Positions 28,891 through 38,938 of a DNA stretch of 64,000 nucleotides are shown one piece after another; positions within the stretch are counted from its first letter, which is position 1; the number at the start of each line of letters is the position of its first letter. Source of the DNA: an uncultured Fibrobacterota bacterium (GTDB taxonomy: Bacteria; Fibrobacterota; Chitinivibrionia; Chitinivibrionales; FEN-1185); NCBI GenBank assembly GCA_963729895.1, contig CAVSQB010000027.1, forward strand, positions 32,001-96,000, written 5' to 3'. The notes under the pieces are model-generated. The model did no database searches and had not been told where the DNA came from. It saw only the letters and a program-made list of their open reading frames with translations. A program made the translations under genes and the position numbers.

Positions 28891-31422
28891 ATGAAACCAA
28901 ATTCCACGATTGCAGCGACGTGCCTTCTGCTTTCCGCTCTGGCGTTCCGCGCGCCCGGCGTCACCTACAATTTCGTGTATATCAATTTCTTTACCCAGGA
29001 CGTGGTGGAAAGCGGCCCCAACGCCGTTTTCAATTACTTCCCCTTCAAATTTGCCGACGAAAAAGCGGCCATCGCCGGCGTGTATCTCAATTACATCAGG
29101 AACAATGAGCCGCTCGCAACCGTTCCCATGACCAGAACGGGGGACCATTTTACCGCGACCGTGTCCGCGCCGGGTGCGGCCGCAGCGGTCGATTTCTACT
29201 ATACGCTCGTATGCGCGCCGCTTACCGGAACAGGAACCTTCTCCGATGATACGAAATGGTTCACCAAGGTGATGGGAATCCAGTTCGACCCTGCGCCGGC
29301 TTTCCCGCTCATAGTTCAGTCGAGCGGGCGCCTGCGCACCGCCCACGAAAACGAATACTGGTCGGATCTGTTCCCCGGCGCAGACTATCCGAATACCGTG
29401 TACACCCTTACCTTCAAGGACTACGGCGACAGCATAGAGTTCGCCGTTTTCCCCTGCATCAACAGCAGCAGCCTGGAGCTTCTTGCATTCAACCACAGTG
29501 TGGTGGATTCCGTGTGCAAACGCGCGGAGTTCGCCCTTAACATGGGAAGCTCCACCAATTTCCTCGTTGAGCGGCACACGGGCCCGACGCCCAAATTCCC
29601 CCAGGGATCGCCATACGGAGCCGCGACCCCGTGGTACACCGCAACGGTCTCCGCAGTTGCCTCAGGGGAGCTCGTGGACTTCGAGCTTTTGGTGACCGAT
29701 GCTGCGGGAACGAACACCTATCCCTCGGTGGTGTACCGGTACTACGTGGGCAGCGGGAAGCTGGGGCAGGAATATCAGCATCCCTGGGCCAACGCCGCGG
29801 GAGACGCTTCCATCAGTTCCGTTACGCAACCCGCGTTCGGTTTTTCCCAGCATGTGGTGAACGCCCTGCCCGGAAGATCGCAGGTCTTCCTGGCCGGCAA
29901 GGCGCTTTTTGACACCGACTGGAAGACTTCCTTTCTGCGCGCCGCAGCATCCGGGCCGGATTGCAACGGGAATGCCGGCGTCCCGCTGCTTGACAAAAGC
30001 CCCTTTTTCGTTTCCGGGGCGCTCGGGCCCAAATACCTTCAGGAAAGCTGCTTTGAATGCCACCACGAAGCCGGGCCGGGGCATCCGGCGGACAGCGCCG
30101 GCGACTCGCTCCAGGCGATCGTGTTTCTGGGAGTAAACGGGCCAAACGGGATTTCCCCTCATCCTCTGTACGGCGACATGCTCCGTTGCAAGACCGCCGA
30201 CGGCACCCCGCCCGACGGGAAGGTGCAGGTAACCTATACCAGCGTCGGTGGCGCGTTCAACGACGGGACCACCTACACGTTGCGGAAACCCGTTGTCAAT
30301 CTTGTCAATCTGTCGCAGGGACCCCTCGACAGCAACACGGTGTACTCCTACCGGGTGAGCCCTTTCCTGTGCGGCGCAGGCCTTCTTGAGGCCATTCCCG
30401 ACGACACCATCATGAACCATGCAGCCCAGAACGGCCGGAACGGCGACGGCATTTCCGGCATGCCGGCCATGGCCGTGGACCCCGTGGACGGCACGACCCG
30501 GATAGGCAGGTTCGGGTACAAGGCATCCATGCCGAGCCTCAAAGGGCAGATAGCCTATCTCGCCAACAGGTGCATCGGCCTTGCCAACCGATATTTCCCC
30601 GTTGACGGAAGCGGCGCTTCCGGCGTGGAGATTCCGGACTCCGGCCTGACGGCCCTGGTTTCCTTTGCCACGCTTCTTGCCCCGCCGCCGAGAAACAACT
30701 GGCGGGATTCCTCGGCGATTCGCGGCAAGGCGCTCTTTGAGAAATCCGGCTGTGCGGCGTGCCATGTTCCCGCGACCCGCACGGGAGGCGGTAACCTGTT
30801 TCCGGAACTTGACAACCTGGAAATCCAGCCGTTTACCGACCTCCTGCTGCACGACATGGGCCCCGACCTTGCCGACAAATACGGCCAGGGCAACGCCCTT
30901 GGATCGCAGTGGCGCACCGCCCCGTTGTGGGCGCTCGGGTTCGTTTCCGCGGCCGGCGGCAGGGAGAGCTATTTGCACGACGGCCGCGCCCGCAGTATTC
31001 TGGAGGCCATTTTGTGGCACGGCGGCGAGGCGCAGAAAGCGAAAAATGCGGTGCTCGGTTTCTCGGCGCAGCAACGGGACGACATTGTTTCATTCTGCAC
31101 GTATCCGTTCGCCGACCGGCTGCCGACGGCGCTCCCGAACGCCGTGACGGTCCCCTTGTCCCGCCGGAACTTCCAACGGCAGGTTCTCCTGTGCCAACCG
31201 AACCCGGTGCGGGCGATGGCGCGGTTTGCCCTGCCCGCCGCCAGCCCTCCCGCTTCGTTCTCAATGTACAATATGAGAGGCCAATGCCTTTTGAGGCAGT
31301 CGATTGCGGCAGGAACCGATGAAGTCCTGTGGAACAGCAGCGGGTACAAGGCCGGAAAATATCTGGCGCAGTTCTGCGGGCAAGGGCGGACCTACTCCAG
31401 GACGATTGTGGTGATCCGCTAG
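28891..31422 (+). CDS. Secreted di-heme oxidoreductase (DHOR/DUF1111-like) with N-terminal extension and T9SS-like C-terminal domain
   Basis: CFECH and CAACH heme motifs, GAGLLEAIP, GRFGYKA, FTDLLLHDMG, WRTAPLW, YLHDGRA...AILWHGGEA. Confidence 0.85.
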   Translation: MKPNSTIAATCLLLSALAFRAPGVTYNFVYINFFTQDVVESGPNAVFNYFPFKFADEKAAIAGVYLNYIRNNEPLATVPMTRTGDHFTATVSAPGAAAAVDFYYTLVCAPLTGTGTFSDDTKWFTKVMGIQFDPAPAFPLIVQSSGRLRTAHENEYWSDLFPGADYPNTVYTLTFKDYGDSIEFAVFPCINSSSLELLAFNHSVVDSVCKRAEFALNMGSSTNFLVERHTGPTPKFPQGSPYGAATPWYTATVSAVASGELVDFELLVTDAAGTNTYPSVVYRYYVGSGKLGQEYQHPWANAAGDASISSVTQPAFGFSQHVVNALPGRSQVFLAGKALFDTDWKTSFLRAAASGPDCNGNAGVPLLDKSPFFVSGALGPKYLQESCFECHHEAGPGHPADSAGDSLQAIVFLGVNGPNGISPHPLYGDMLRCKTADGTPPDGKVQVTYTSVGGAFNDGTTYTLRKPVVNLVNLSQGPLDSNTVYSYRVSPFLCGAGLLEAIPDDTIMNHAAQNGRNGDGISGMPAMAVDPVDGTTRIGRFGYKASMPSLKGQIAYLANRCIGLANRYFPVDGSGASGVEIPDSGLTALVSFATLLAPPPRNNWRDSSAIRGKALFEKSGCAACHVPATRTGGGNLFPELDNLEIQPFTDLLLHDMGPDLADKYGQGNALGSQWRTAPLWALGFVSAAGGRESYLHDGRARSILEAILWHGGEAQKAKNAVLGFSAQQRDDIVSFCTYPFADRLPTALPNAVTVPLSRRNFQRQVLLCQPNPVRAMARFALPAASPPASFSMYNMRGQCLLRQSIAAGTDEVLWNSSGYKAGKYLAQFCGQGRTYSRTIVVIR

Positions 31423-31600
31423 AATGCCGGTCGAATGGGTTCGCCGTTCCCGCCGCGACACGATGCGCGTTGATTCTTCGCGTTGCATAAGTTGTGGGCA
31501 AAAACCCAAGGGAAAAGGTATAATTAGCGTATGTTGATGTTTTCCGAGGTTGACGCATAATCTTCCAGAGTCCGGCGGCCCTGCCGGATCGAAACGGTCC

Positions 31601-33460
31601 ATGGATAATCCGGACGACAAGATAATCGTGCGAAACGTCGCGCTTTCCGCCACGCCTTCCCCCGTTGCGTTGCCGGACGGTAAAGAACAGATACCGCTCG
31701 GCTCGGGCATCATCACAAAGCTCCTGGGCCAGGGCGGCATGGCGGCGGTGTACGAAATCTGGAACTCCCAGCTCGAAATGTTCCGCGCTGTCAAGCTGAT
31801 CAACCCGGGCTCCACCGAAGCGGTGAGGCAGCGCTTTCAGACCGAAATCAAGATCAGCGCGAAGCTTTCCCATCCCAACATCGTGGAAATCCACGGCGTG
31901 GGAGAGTGGAACGGCCTGCCCTTCATCGAAATGGAAAAGATCAACGGCATAGGACTGGACGCGCTCATTGCGGAACGGGGAGCGCTGCCGCCCGTGGTGT
32001 GCACGGCCATCGGCATCATGATCTGCCGCGCGCTCAATTACGCGCACAACCAGGACTGTTCGATTTACGGAAAGAACTATCACGGCGTCATTCACCGGGA
32101 CCTCAAGCCGGCCAATATCATGATCTGCGCAAGCGGTATCGTCAAGCTGATGGACTTCGGCATCGCGCGTCCCGCAGACGTATCGTTTCACACCATGGAC
32201 GGCCTTGTTGCGGGAACCCTTCAATACCTTGCCCCCGAGCAGCTGGAGAAAAAGAAACTCGACGTGACCACCGACCTCTATGCGCTCGGCGTTACCATGT
32301 ACGAAATCGTCACGGGCATCGTCGCGTTTCCGCAGACGAGCTTTCCCAAGCTCATTGCGGACAAGTCGAAAAACAAGTTCAAGCCCCTGGAGGAATTCCA
32401 CATCAAACTGCCGCCCAGGCTGAGGCGGATAATTTACAAATGCATGGAACAGTCGCAGGATAGGCGCGTGCACTCCGCCGCCGCATTGCTCGACGAACTC
32501 CACAAGATCCACGCGCTCCTCACCAACAAGAGCCCGGAACAGATCATGGCCGCGTTCACGGCATCGGGCAAAGGTAAAAGGACCGTGCTGGCCCTGCGGC
32601 GGCGTTTCCCATGGAAACTGTGCGCACTCGTCTGCGGCGCAGCCGCGCTCGGTGCAGCCGCGTACCTGCACGGGCGGCCGGCACTCTCGCGCATTTTGCA
32701 TCCGGAGGCTCCGTCCGTTGCGGCGCCCGTGGCCGCCCAGGCCGCGCAATCTCCTGCGCCGGCCGCTTCCGCTCCCGAGGCGGAAGCAGCGGCGCGACCC
32801 GCGGCCCAAACTGCGGCAGTCTCGAATGTCACCCGACCAAAGGGACAGCCCCCCGCCAGGGCTTCGGCGCCGGCCTCCGGACAGGCGGCGGTGCGGGAGA
32901 CTCCCCGGCCCGAATTCCTTCTTGCCGCCCTCTCGCAAAAATACGGCACCGACGATGGGCTTGCCATTATGGAAAAAGAACTCGCGGCGAAAAACTACCA
33001 GAATGTGCTCGGCCTGTACGACGCGCTTCCGCCGGATCTGGCTCGCACGCCCAAGGCCCTCATGCTCAAAATGAGGGTGTTTGTAAACACCGGGAGCCTT
33101 GGCCGTCTCGCGCAATTCCTTGAAAGCAACAGCGTCAACGACGGAGAATTCGTTCTCGAAAAAGCCAAGTTCGCTTTCCGCGACAAGAACTACGGGGAAT
33201 GCGAACGTCTCCTTGCGCACTGCCTCGGGCTTCCGCACGCATTTATGGATTACGACGTTCTCAAGCAGGAAGCGTACTACTACACCGCCCTCTGCGCCTC
33301 GGCCCGGTTCGACGCCGGCCCCACCGACCAGACCTACAAGGACGCGCTTGACGCATGGTGGCAGGTAAAAAACGCGCTCCGTTCGGACCCGGACCACGAC
33401 TACTACAAGAAGGCGGCGTCGGAGCTGCAACGCATGGCGAAGAAGATGCAGAAGGGGTAG
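31601..33460 (+). CDS. Hanks-type Ser/Thr protein kinase with TM helix and helical C-terminal domain
   Basis: GQGGMA, AVK, HRDLKPAN, DFG, APE motifs; TM segment; Ala/Pro linker. Confidence 0.92.
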   Translation: MDNPDDKIIVRNVALSATPSPVALPDGKEQIPLGSGIITKLLGQGGMAAVYEIWNSQLEMFRAVKLINPGSTEAVRQRFQTEIKISAKLSHPNIVEIHGVGEWNGLPFIEMEKINGIGLDALIAERGALPPVVCTAIGIMICRALNYAHNQDCSIYGKNYHGVIHRDLKPANIMICASGIVKLMDFGIARPADVSFHTMDGLVAGTLQYLAPEQLEKKKLDVTTDLYALGVTMYEIVTGIVAFPQTSFPKLIADKSKNKFKPLEEFHIKLPPRLRRIIYKCMEQSQDRRVHSAAALLDELHKIHALLTNKSPEQIMAAFTASGKGKRTVLALRRRFPWKLCALVCGAAALGAAAYLHGRPALSRILHPEAPSVAAPVAAQAAQSPAPAASAPEAEAAARPAAQTAAVSNVTRPKGQPPARASAPASGQAAVRETPRPEFLLAALSQKYGTDDGLAIMEKELAAKNYQNVLGLYDALPPDLARTPKALMLKMRVFVNTGSLGRLAQFLESNSVNDGEFVLEKAKFAFRDKNYGECERLLAHCLGLPHAFMDYDVLKQEAYYYTALCASARFDAGPTDQTYKDALDAWWQVKNALRSDPDHDYYKKAASELQRMAKKMQKG

Positions 33461-33580
33461 GCGCGGGCCCGCAACAAATTCATGGCATTTTTCGGCGCAT
33501 TTGGTACATTTAGCAGTAGGAAGCGCCCTGTCCCATCCTGTCGGCATGGCCGGGTCGGCCCCTCTACAAGGAGCAGCAGC

Positions 33581-34864
33581 ATGAAAAAGCGATTGTGCGC
33601 AATCGCCTGTCTTGTCCTGTCAACTGCGTGTTTGATGACGGCGTGTTTCAATTCCGGCGAAAACGCCTCGGAGACGAACCTCGGCCCGGCAGCACCCGAA
33701 GGCCCCGGGAAGTCCGGCAACCCGCCCGCCGGCACACTCGTCAAGACCGCACTCGACGCGACATCCGACGGCGGAACCTTGACCTTTCAGAACATCGGCG
33801 CGGCGGGCTGGTTTCCCAGCCGCAGGGACCCGGCTGTGGGCCCGTGCGACGCCGAGAGCAGCGGCACCTGCTGCATGGCAAAGTACGTGATCACGAGCGA
33901 CAGCCTTACGCCGTGGGACGAAGACCTCATCATGACGCTGCGCGGCCCCATGATCGTAAAGCAGATCGCGGCATACCAGCCCGATTCCGCGAACGTGAGC
34001 GTGTGGAACCTCGCGTCGATGTGGGACGGCGCCAGCCCCACGGTGATGACCGGGATCGCCTTTAAGGGCAACAACACCGAAACCGCCGGCTTCCAGGGCA
34101 TCGTGGGCAATACCTGCCTCGTCAACGTCTCGACAAACAGGAAATTCGCAACGGGCGCGGGAAGCATGCCCTATTGCCCTCCGACAAGCGACACCCAGTA
34201 CTGGGGATGGATCGGATCGAAGATGATCATCATCCAGGCATTCATGCCCCGCCTGGCAACCGGCGCCATCGACACCACCAAGAACTGCGGCAACGATCCG
34301 ACCAACAACTGGTACGACGCGCCGTGGATCGGGCTTTCCCACGGCGAAATGGTGCGGTCGGGCGCTTTCGGTTCGTGCCAGTGCTACGCGAAAGACCCGG
34401 CGGAGTGGTACCTCGCCGACGGCTGCGGCCAGTTCAATGCGTTCGAGGTTGTCAACGACAACGACGCAAGCCAGAACTTCGACGTGTTCTCCACAAACTT
34501 CTTCGGGTACGCCGGATACATCGGTCAAGGGCCGTGCGGCGGCGCCTGCAACGTGAAGGGCCTTGACCCGAAAATCGACCTCATCGTAAAGCAGACCAAC
34601 GTGGAGGCGACCGGCGGCGCCATCTGCACTCCCACGAACGCCCCGAGCGTCGCCTTCCGCAGGCCCGAAACCGGCTACCGGTTCTTTGTGATCCTGCTCG
34701 ACGTGAAGACGCGCCAGGTCCAGCTCGCGCTGATCCATCCGGCGAACGTCCCGGCGACGGTGGCTTCCCTGCTGCCCGGCCTTCCCGCCCAGGTTTCGCG
34801 CGCGACAATCGACAATGTCCTTGCGCTGCGGCTGCCGGGGCCGAATTCCGCGGTGATCCGGTAA
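33581..34864 (+). CDS. Lipoprotein with DUF2403/DUF2401 (Tos1-like) putative glycosidase domains
   Basis: LMTAC lipobox; PWDEDLIMTLRGPMIVKQIAAY, DAPWIGL...VRSGAFGSCQC, GCGQFNAFEVV, FRRP. Confidence 0.65.
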   Translation: MKKRLCAIACLVLSTACLMTACFNSGENASETNLGPAAPEGPGKSGNPPAGTLVKTALDATSDGGTLTFQNIGAAGWFPSRRDPAVGPCDAESSGTCCMAKYVITSDSLTPWDEDLIMTLRGPMIVKQIAAYQPDSANVSVWNLASMWDGASPTVMTGIAFKGNNTETAGFQGIVGNTCLVNVSTNRKFATGAGSMPYCPPTSDTQYWGWIGSKMIIIQAFMPRLATGAIDTTKNCGNDPTNNWYDAPWIGLSHGEMVRSGAFGSCQCYAKDPAEWYLADGCGQFNAFEVVNDNDASQNFDVFSTNFFGYAGYIGQGPCGGACNVKGLDPKIDLIVKQTNVEATGGAICTPTNAPSVAFRRPETGYRFFVILLDVKTRQVQLALIHPANVPATVASLLPGLPAQVSRATIDNVLALRLPGPNSAVIR

Positions 34865-35025
34865 CGGGTTTGTGCGCATGGCAGCGCGTCGGCGCCTCGA
34901 ACGCCCTGCCATACGTGCAAACTTCCCGGGCATTTTGCTTGACATAATTCAAGGTATCTGCTATTTTGAATTCCGTTGCTTCTTGACGTTCTCGAAACGC
35001 TTTCTCTTTCCGAAAGGACCTTTTC

Positions 35026-35517
35026 ATGCCCAATCTCTCCCAGATTCTCAAAGCCGAAATAGCAAGAATAAGCCGCAGGGAAACCAATGCCTCGGTGAAG
35101 CCGCTCCGAAGCGCCAGCTTTGTTCTCAAAAGGAATGTTGCCGCGCTCAAGAAAAGAATGGCGGTGCTCGAATCCGGGAACAAGCGCCTTATCGCCTTGC
35201 AGCATGAGCTTCAGGAGAAGAAGAGCGAGGCCCGCGTCGCGGACGCGAAGGACAACAAGGTGCGTGTCTCGTCAAGATCGGTGAAGGCGCTCCGGAGCAA
35301 GCTCGGGCTTTCGCAGGATTCGCTTGCCGCGCTGCTCGGCGTGTCCGGCCAGGCAGTGTACGTAATGGAACGCAAAGGCGGCAGGCTCAGGCTTCGCACT
35401 CCCACCATGGCGCGCCTTCTTGCCTTGCGCGGTATCGGCAAGCGTGAGGCGGCCCGCAGGCTCGAGGAAATCGAGGCCGCGAGCAAGAAGCCCGCGAAAA
35501 CAGCCCGGAAGAAATAA
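35026..35517 (+). CDS. XRE-type HTH protein with N-terminal coiled coil
   Basis: MPNLSQILKAEIARISRRE; LRSKLGLSQDSLAALLGVSGQAVYVME. Confidence 0.8.
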   Translation: MPNLSQILKAEIARISRRETNASVKPLRSASFVLKRNVAALKKRMAVLESGNKRLIALQHELQEKKSEARVADAKDNKVRVSSRSVKALRSKLGLSQDSLAALLGVSGQAVYVMERKGGRLRLRTPTMARLLALRGIGKREAARRLEEIEAASKKPAKTARKK

Positions 35518-35534
35518 AAGGCAGCAGGCAGGAA

Positions 35535-36030
35535 CATGCGCTGAGGGTGTGCTGCGAATATCAAGATAATATTCTTGTGTGCTAAGCGTGTGCGGCGTGG
35601 GTGTACCCGTTGCAACCCCGAATCCTCTGTTGCGCGCACACTAGAAGCACCCGGTTAACAAAATGCAATACCAAATACTTTGGTCTTCCGGCTGCGGCTA
35701 CGCCACTGAGTGGAAAACCTAAAATACCTTCGCGTTTTTGTTTCTTGGGTTAGGCACGACCGTAAGGTGTGCAGAAGCACAGTGCCGGTCGGCCCCGCCG
35801 AAGGCATAGGGGCGATCCGGCACCGAGGCTGACCAGCCGACGACCCTTGGAAGCACCCGAAGGGGTGGCCCGGAGGGAGGGCCGACCCGAGCGTAGCAAG
35901 GGAAACGCCCGCTTCTTACTCTTGATTTCTGGGTGCCCCACAGCCCAAAATCTGATTCTTGCAAATAAACTTACTTGGGGGTCACCCGGCACTGCTATCC
36001 AAATGTATTTGATTATCGATTTAATCCGGT
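35535..36030 (+). repeat. Mosaic intergenic element, copy C
   Basis: 18-bp units at 35539, 35580; about 290 bp nearly identical to copy D (about 46663-46952). Confidence 0.85.
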
Positions 36031-36268
36031 CGTCAAGTGTCCCGTGCGAGCCGCGGGATGCGTCGAGACAACCACTGGCTGGGGGCACACAAAACCACCC
36101 GGTAAGAAGTTAAAATCATCACTTATGCTTTACAGATAAGTGATGTTAGAGGTCTTCTTGTCGTCTTCAGTTGTCATGCTTCCATCTGAATTACCTGTCA
36201 ATCGCGCCGATCCCACATTTTATATCACTACAGAGCGCGCACCCAGGAAGAGCAGTAGTTGATTGATC

Positions 36269-36652
36269 CTACTTCTTCATCGCAGCCCCTCCAGCCTCAG
36301 CCGCAGACCTCGCGACAAACGATCCATTCATTGCCAATGAATGCGGCAGATTGGATTGATACCGATATGTCCCGGCGGTCTTCACGACATAATCGAATTG
36401 ATCGCCTGAAAAATTTGAAAAACCCGCCGCCCCGGCAGGAACGGAAATGAAAGAAAGCGGATGCTCGTTAAAGTCGCCGCGCCAGGAAACGGTATCTCCC
36501 ACGTTGACGGAGATTTGTGACGGGCTGTACACGGGTTTGAAGTTGCCGCCAAAATAGATGATATGGGTTGCGGCACTGGCGTTAGAAACAAGTGCGAGAC
36601 CGAAAATTGCCGGTAACAGCCAACGAACAGCCTTTGCTCGCAGAACAGACAT
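36269..36652 (-). CDS. Plastocyanin/cupredoxin-like secreted protein
   Basis: Signal peptide; YSPSQISVNVGDTVSW, HPL, GTYRYQSNLPH...MNGSF; the Cu-ligand Cys appears replaced by Ser. Confidence 0.7.
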   Translation of the reverse strand: MSVLRAKAVRWLLPAIFGLALVSNASAATHIIYFGGNFKPVYSPSQISVNVGDTVSWRGDFNEHPLSFISVPAGAAGFSNFSGDQFDYVVKTAGTYRYQSNLPHSLAMNGSFVARSAAEAGGAAMKK

Positions 36653-36915
36653 ACGCCCTCCTTTGTTATGCCCAGAACCTCATCTGTGAAAGAACGGCCG
36701 CGATTTGCAAGCGGATTTTTCGGTCACACGAGCGTCGCGTCCAGTTCTTCTATTGACAAGATCCTTGTATATGGTTAGTACGATGCAAAGCACATACCAG
36801 CTCTTTTCGCAGGGGAATGCGAGTGGAAGAAAACGAGTTTCGACACATTTCTGTATTTTGAGGGTTTGAAAGTACAAAGTTGTACGGTTGATGGAATAAG
36901 GAAAAAGTGTCCTCT

Positions 36916-38484
36916 TCACTGCGAGCAAAAACGATTCGGGTCTATGGAATATGACTTTACCCGGATTCCCATCGTTCGTTCGGTGATACCAAGAGAGCGC
37001 GCCGCTCCCGCCATATTGCCATTACTTGATTTCAAAGCATCAACGATCATTTCATTTTCCAATGCCTCCAGGGCGGCCGGCAGTTTACCTTTGGGTGGCG
37101 TATTGCTCGATTCCGCCGTCTGAAGGCTCGGTGGCAATTGATGGCTGTGGATCACCCCGTCGGTAGATAAGATCACAGCGCGTTCAATGCAGTTTTGCAG
37201 CTCACGGACGTTGCCCGGCCAATGATACCGTATGAGCATGTCGATTGCCGGAGTGGAGATACGTTTTATATCCTTTCCCATTTTCCTTGAAATGGCTGCT
37301 GCAAAATAGTCGGCCAATAGCGTTATGTCGGTGCGCCGTTCCCTCAGAGGAGGTACAAAAATCGGAAAAACATTGAGCCGAAAATACAAATCCTCACGAA
37401 ATGCGCCTTGCCGGACCAACGCTTCCAGATCGCGGTTGGTGGCTGCGATCACCCGGGCGTCGACGGATTGGGTCACATTGCTGCCCAGACGTTCGAACTG
37501 CCGTTCCTGCAACAGGCGAAGGATCTTGATTTGGGTTGACAATGGCAGGTCGCCGATTTCGTCGAGGAAGATCGTTCCCCCCTGCGCAGCCTCAAAACGC
37601 CCGTGACGCAGGCTGGTGGCCCCGGTAAACGCCCCGCGCTCATGCCCGAACAGTTCGCTTTCGACTATGGTTTCCGGGATTGCGGCCAAACTGAATTTTA
37701 CGAAAGGCCCTTTGGCGCGATTGCCGTTGACATGCAGGGACTCGGCGACGAGTTCCTTGCCGACGCCGCTTTCGCCCCGGATGAGCACGGTTGTGTCGGT
37801 GTTTGCCACCTGATGGATGAGCTGATGGACCTGGAGGATCGCATGGGATGAGCCGATAATCTTGCTGCTGCTCATCCGGTTGGTTATTTCACCGTGCAGA
37901 CGTTCATTTTCGTCGGCCAAAACGCGCACCTGTTCAAGGGCGTCGCGTCGCATGGCCACTGCCTGAGAGATGAGCGAAGCGACCAGCGAGAGTAATCGCA
38001 TGTCGTCCGACAATGAGACGTCTACCCGAAACTCGCGGTCGGCCGACAGCGCACCGATCACTTCATGAGTAATCCGGATCGGCACGCAGACAAATGACAA
38101 TTCTTTACGGAGGTCTTTTATTTCCCGCCTTCGAGTCTGTGTTCTGTCCAGGAATCGAGGGTCCTCCGACACCTTTCGTACAATTGCGGGTTCCCCGGTT
38201 GCAACCACCCCGCCCGTGATTCCTTCGCCCAGCCGATAGCGTCCCCGCTTTAGCTCCTTGTTTGAAAGACCGCTGGCGATCTCAATATGAATTGACTTGC
38301 TTTCACGGTTCAAAATTGTCACCGTTGCGCGGATGAGCCCCATGTAGTGAGCCATCCGCTCCAATACAGGCTTCAGCGCAGCGCTGAGGTCGAGATTACG
38401 GTTCAATGCCTGCGAAATCTCAAAAAGCAAACGAAGCTCGCTTACCTCCGACTGCGTTCCAGCGGATGACGATTTTTGCGGCAT
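36916..38484 (-). CDS. NifA-like sigma54 enhancer-binding protein (GAF-AAA+-HTH)
   Basis: GAF with GEGITG; GESGVGKE; ESELFGHERGAFTGA; FLDEIG; WPGNVREL; Fis-type HTH. Confidence 0.92.
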   Translation of the reverse strand: MPQKSSSAGTQSEVSELRLLFEISQALNRNLDLSAALKPVLERMAHYMGLIRATVTILNRESKSIHIEIASGLSNKELKRGRYRLGEGITGGVVATGEPAIVRKVSEDPRFLDRTQTRRREIKDLRKELSFVCVPIRITHEVIGALSADREFRVDVSLSDDMRLLSLVASLISQAVAMRRDALEQVRVLADENERLHGEITNRMSSSKIIGSSHAILQVHQLIHQVANTDTTVLIRGESGVGKELVAESLHVNGNRAKGPFVKFSLAAIPETIVESELFGHERGAFTGATSLRHGRFEAAQGGTIFLDEIGDLPLSTQIKILRLLQERQFERLGSNVTQSVDARVIAATNRDLEALVRQGAFREDLYFRLNVFPIFVPPLRERRTDITLLADYFAAAISRKMGKDIKRISTPAIDMLIRYHWPGNVRELQNCIERAVILSTDGVIHSHQLPPSLQTAESSNTPPKGKLPAALEALENEMIVDALKSSNGNMAGAARSLGITERTMGIRVKSYSIDPNRFCSQ

Positions 38485-38702
38485 GTGCGCTCCCACGTCT
38501 ATTGCGAAATTCTTTCGAAGCATGAACAGGACGAGTCTGTTCCGACACGCCTACCTCTATTACGCAATTTTCATACCGTGCTCTCTACGCCATCCTTGCT
38601 GACAGTTTCAAACAATAATGTGCTCTTGCCGGGATCCCGGTTCTTTTCTGTACCATTTTTGTGCCGGCGTGTTTTCAAAAAATTATTCCCGGGTTCAGAA
38701 AT

Positions 38703-38749
38703 CATACCTTTTGGTAGGATTCCCAGGCGCCAACCTACGGACAGGTAGG
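38703..38749. promoter_or_regulatory. Candidate tandem upstream activator sites
   Basis: CATAC-N6-GTAGG (38703-38718) and CCTAC-N6-GTAGG (38734-38749), 31 bp apart, 100-150 bp upstream of the sigma54 promoter. Confidence 0.5.
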
Positions 38750-38849
38750 AATGATTGCCTTTCCGCTGGGCTTATTTGTAAATTAGCATGGAAAGCAACT
38801 CGCTCTTTGATAAAGCATTACCATGTTTTGAAAATGAACTTTTACCGCG

Positions 38850-38865
38850 TGGCACAGCCATTGCA
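38850..38865 (+). promoter_or_regulatory. Sigma54 (-24/-12) promoter
   Basis: TGGCAC-AGCCA-TTGCA consensus, divergent from the NifA-like gene. Confidence 0.85.
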
Positions 38866-38938
38866 ATTATAACGGCAGTCGAAGCAGGGATCTGGTTCGT
38901 GTAGGTTTTGTTTTCAACGCAGCACATGGATAGGTACC

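Noticed and set aside
30833..33547. 904-aa minus-strand ORF and other long antisense ORFs (29662-31074, 33620-34945, 63067-63981)
   Set aside because: GC-rich shadows of well-supported genes on the opposite strand
35719..36113. Duplicated small ORFs in repeat copies (also 46758-47052, 51120-51516, 54448-54868)
   Set aside because: They are translations of palindromic repeat modules, open in several frames and not coding-like
36916..38484. Naming the regulator nifA / calling a nitrogen-fixation cluster
   Set aside because: The architecture is NifA-like but no nif structural genes are in the window and no canonical NifA UAS was found
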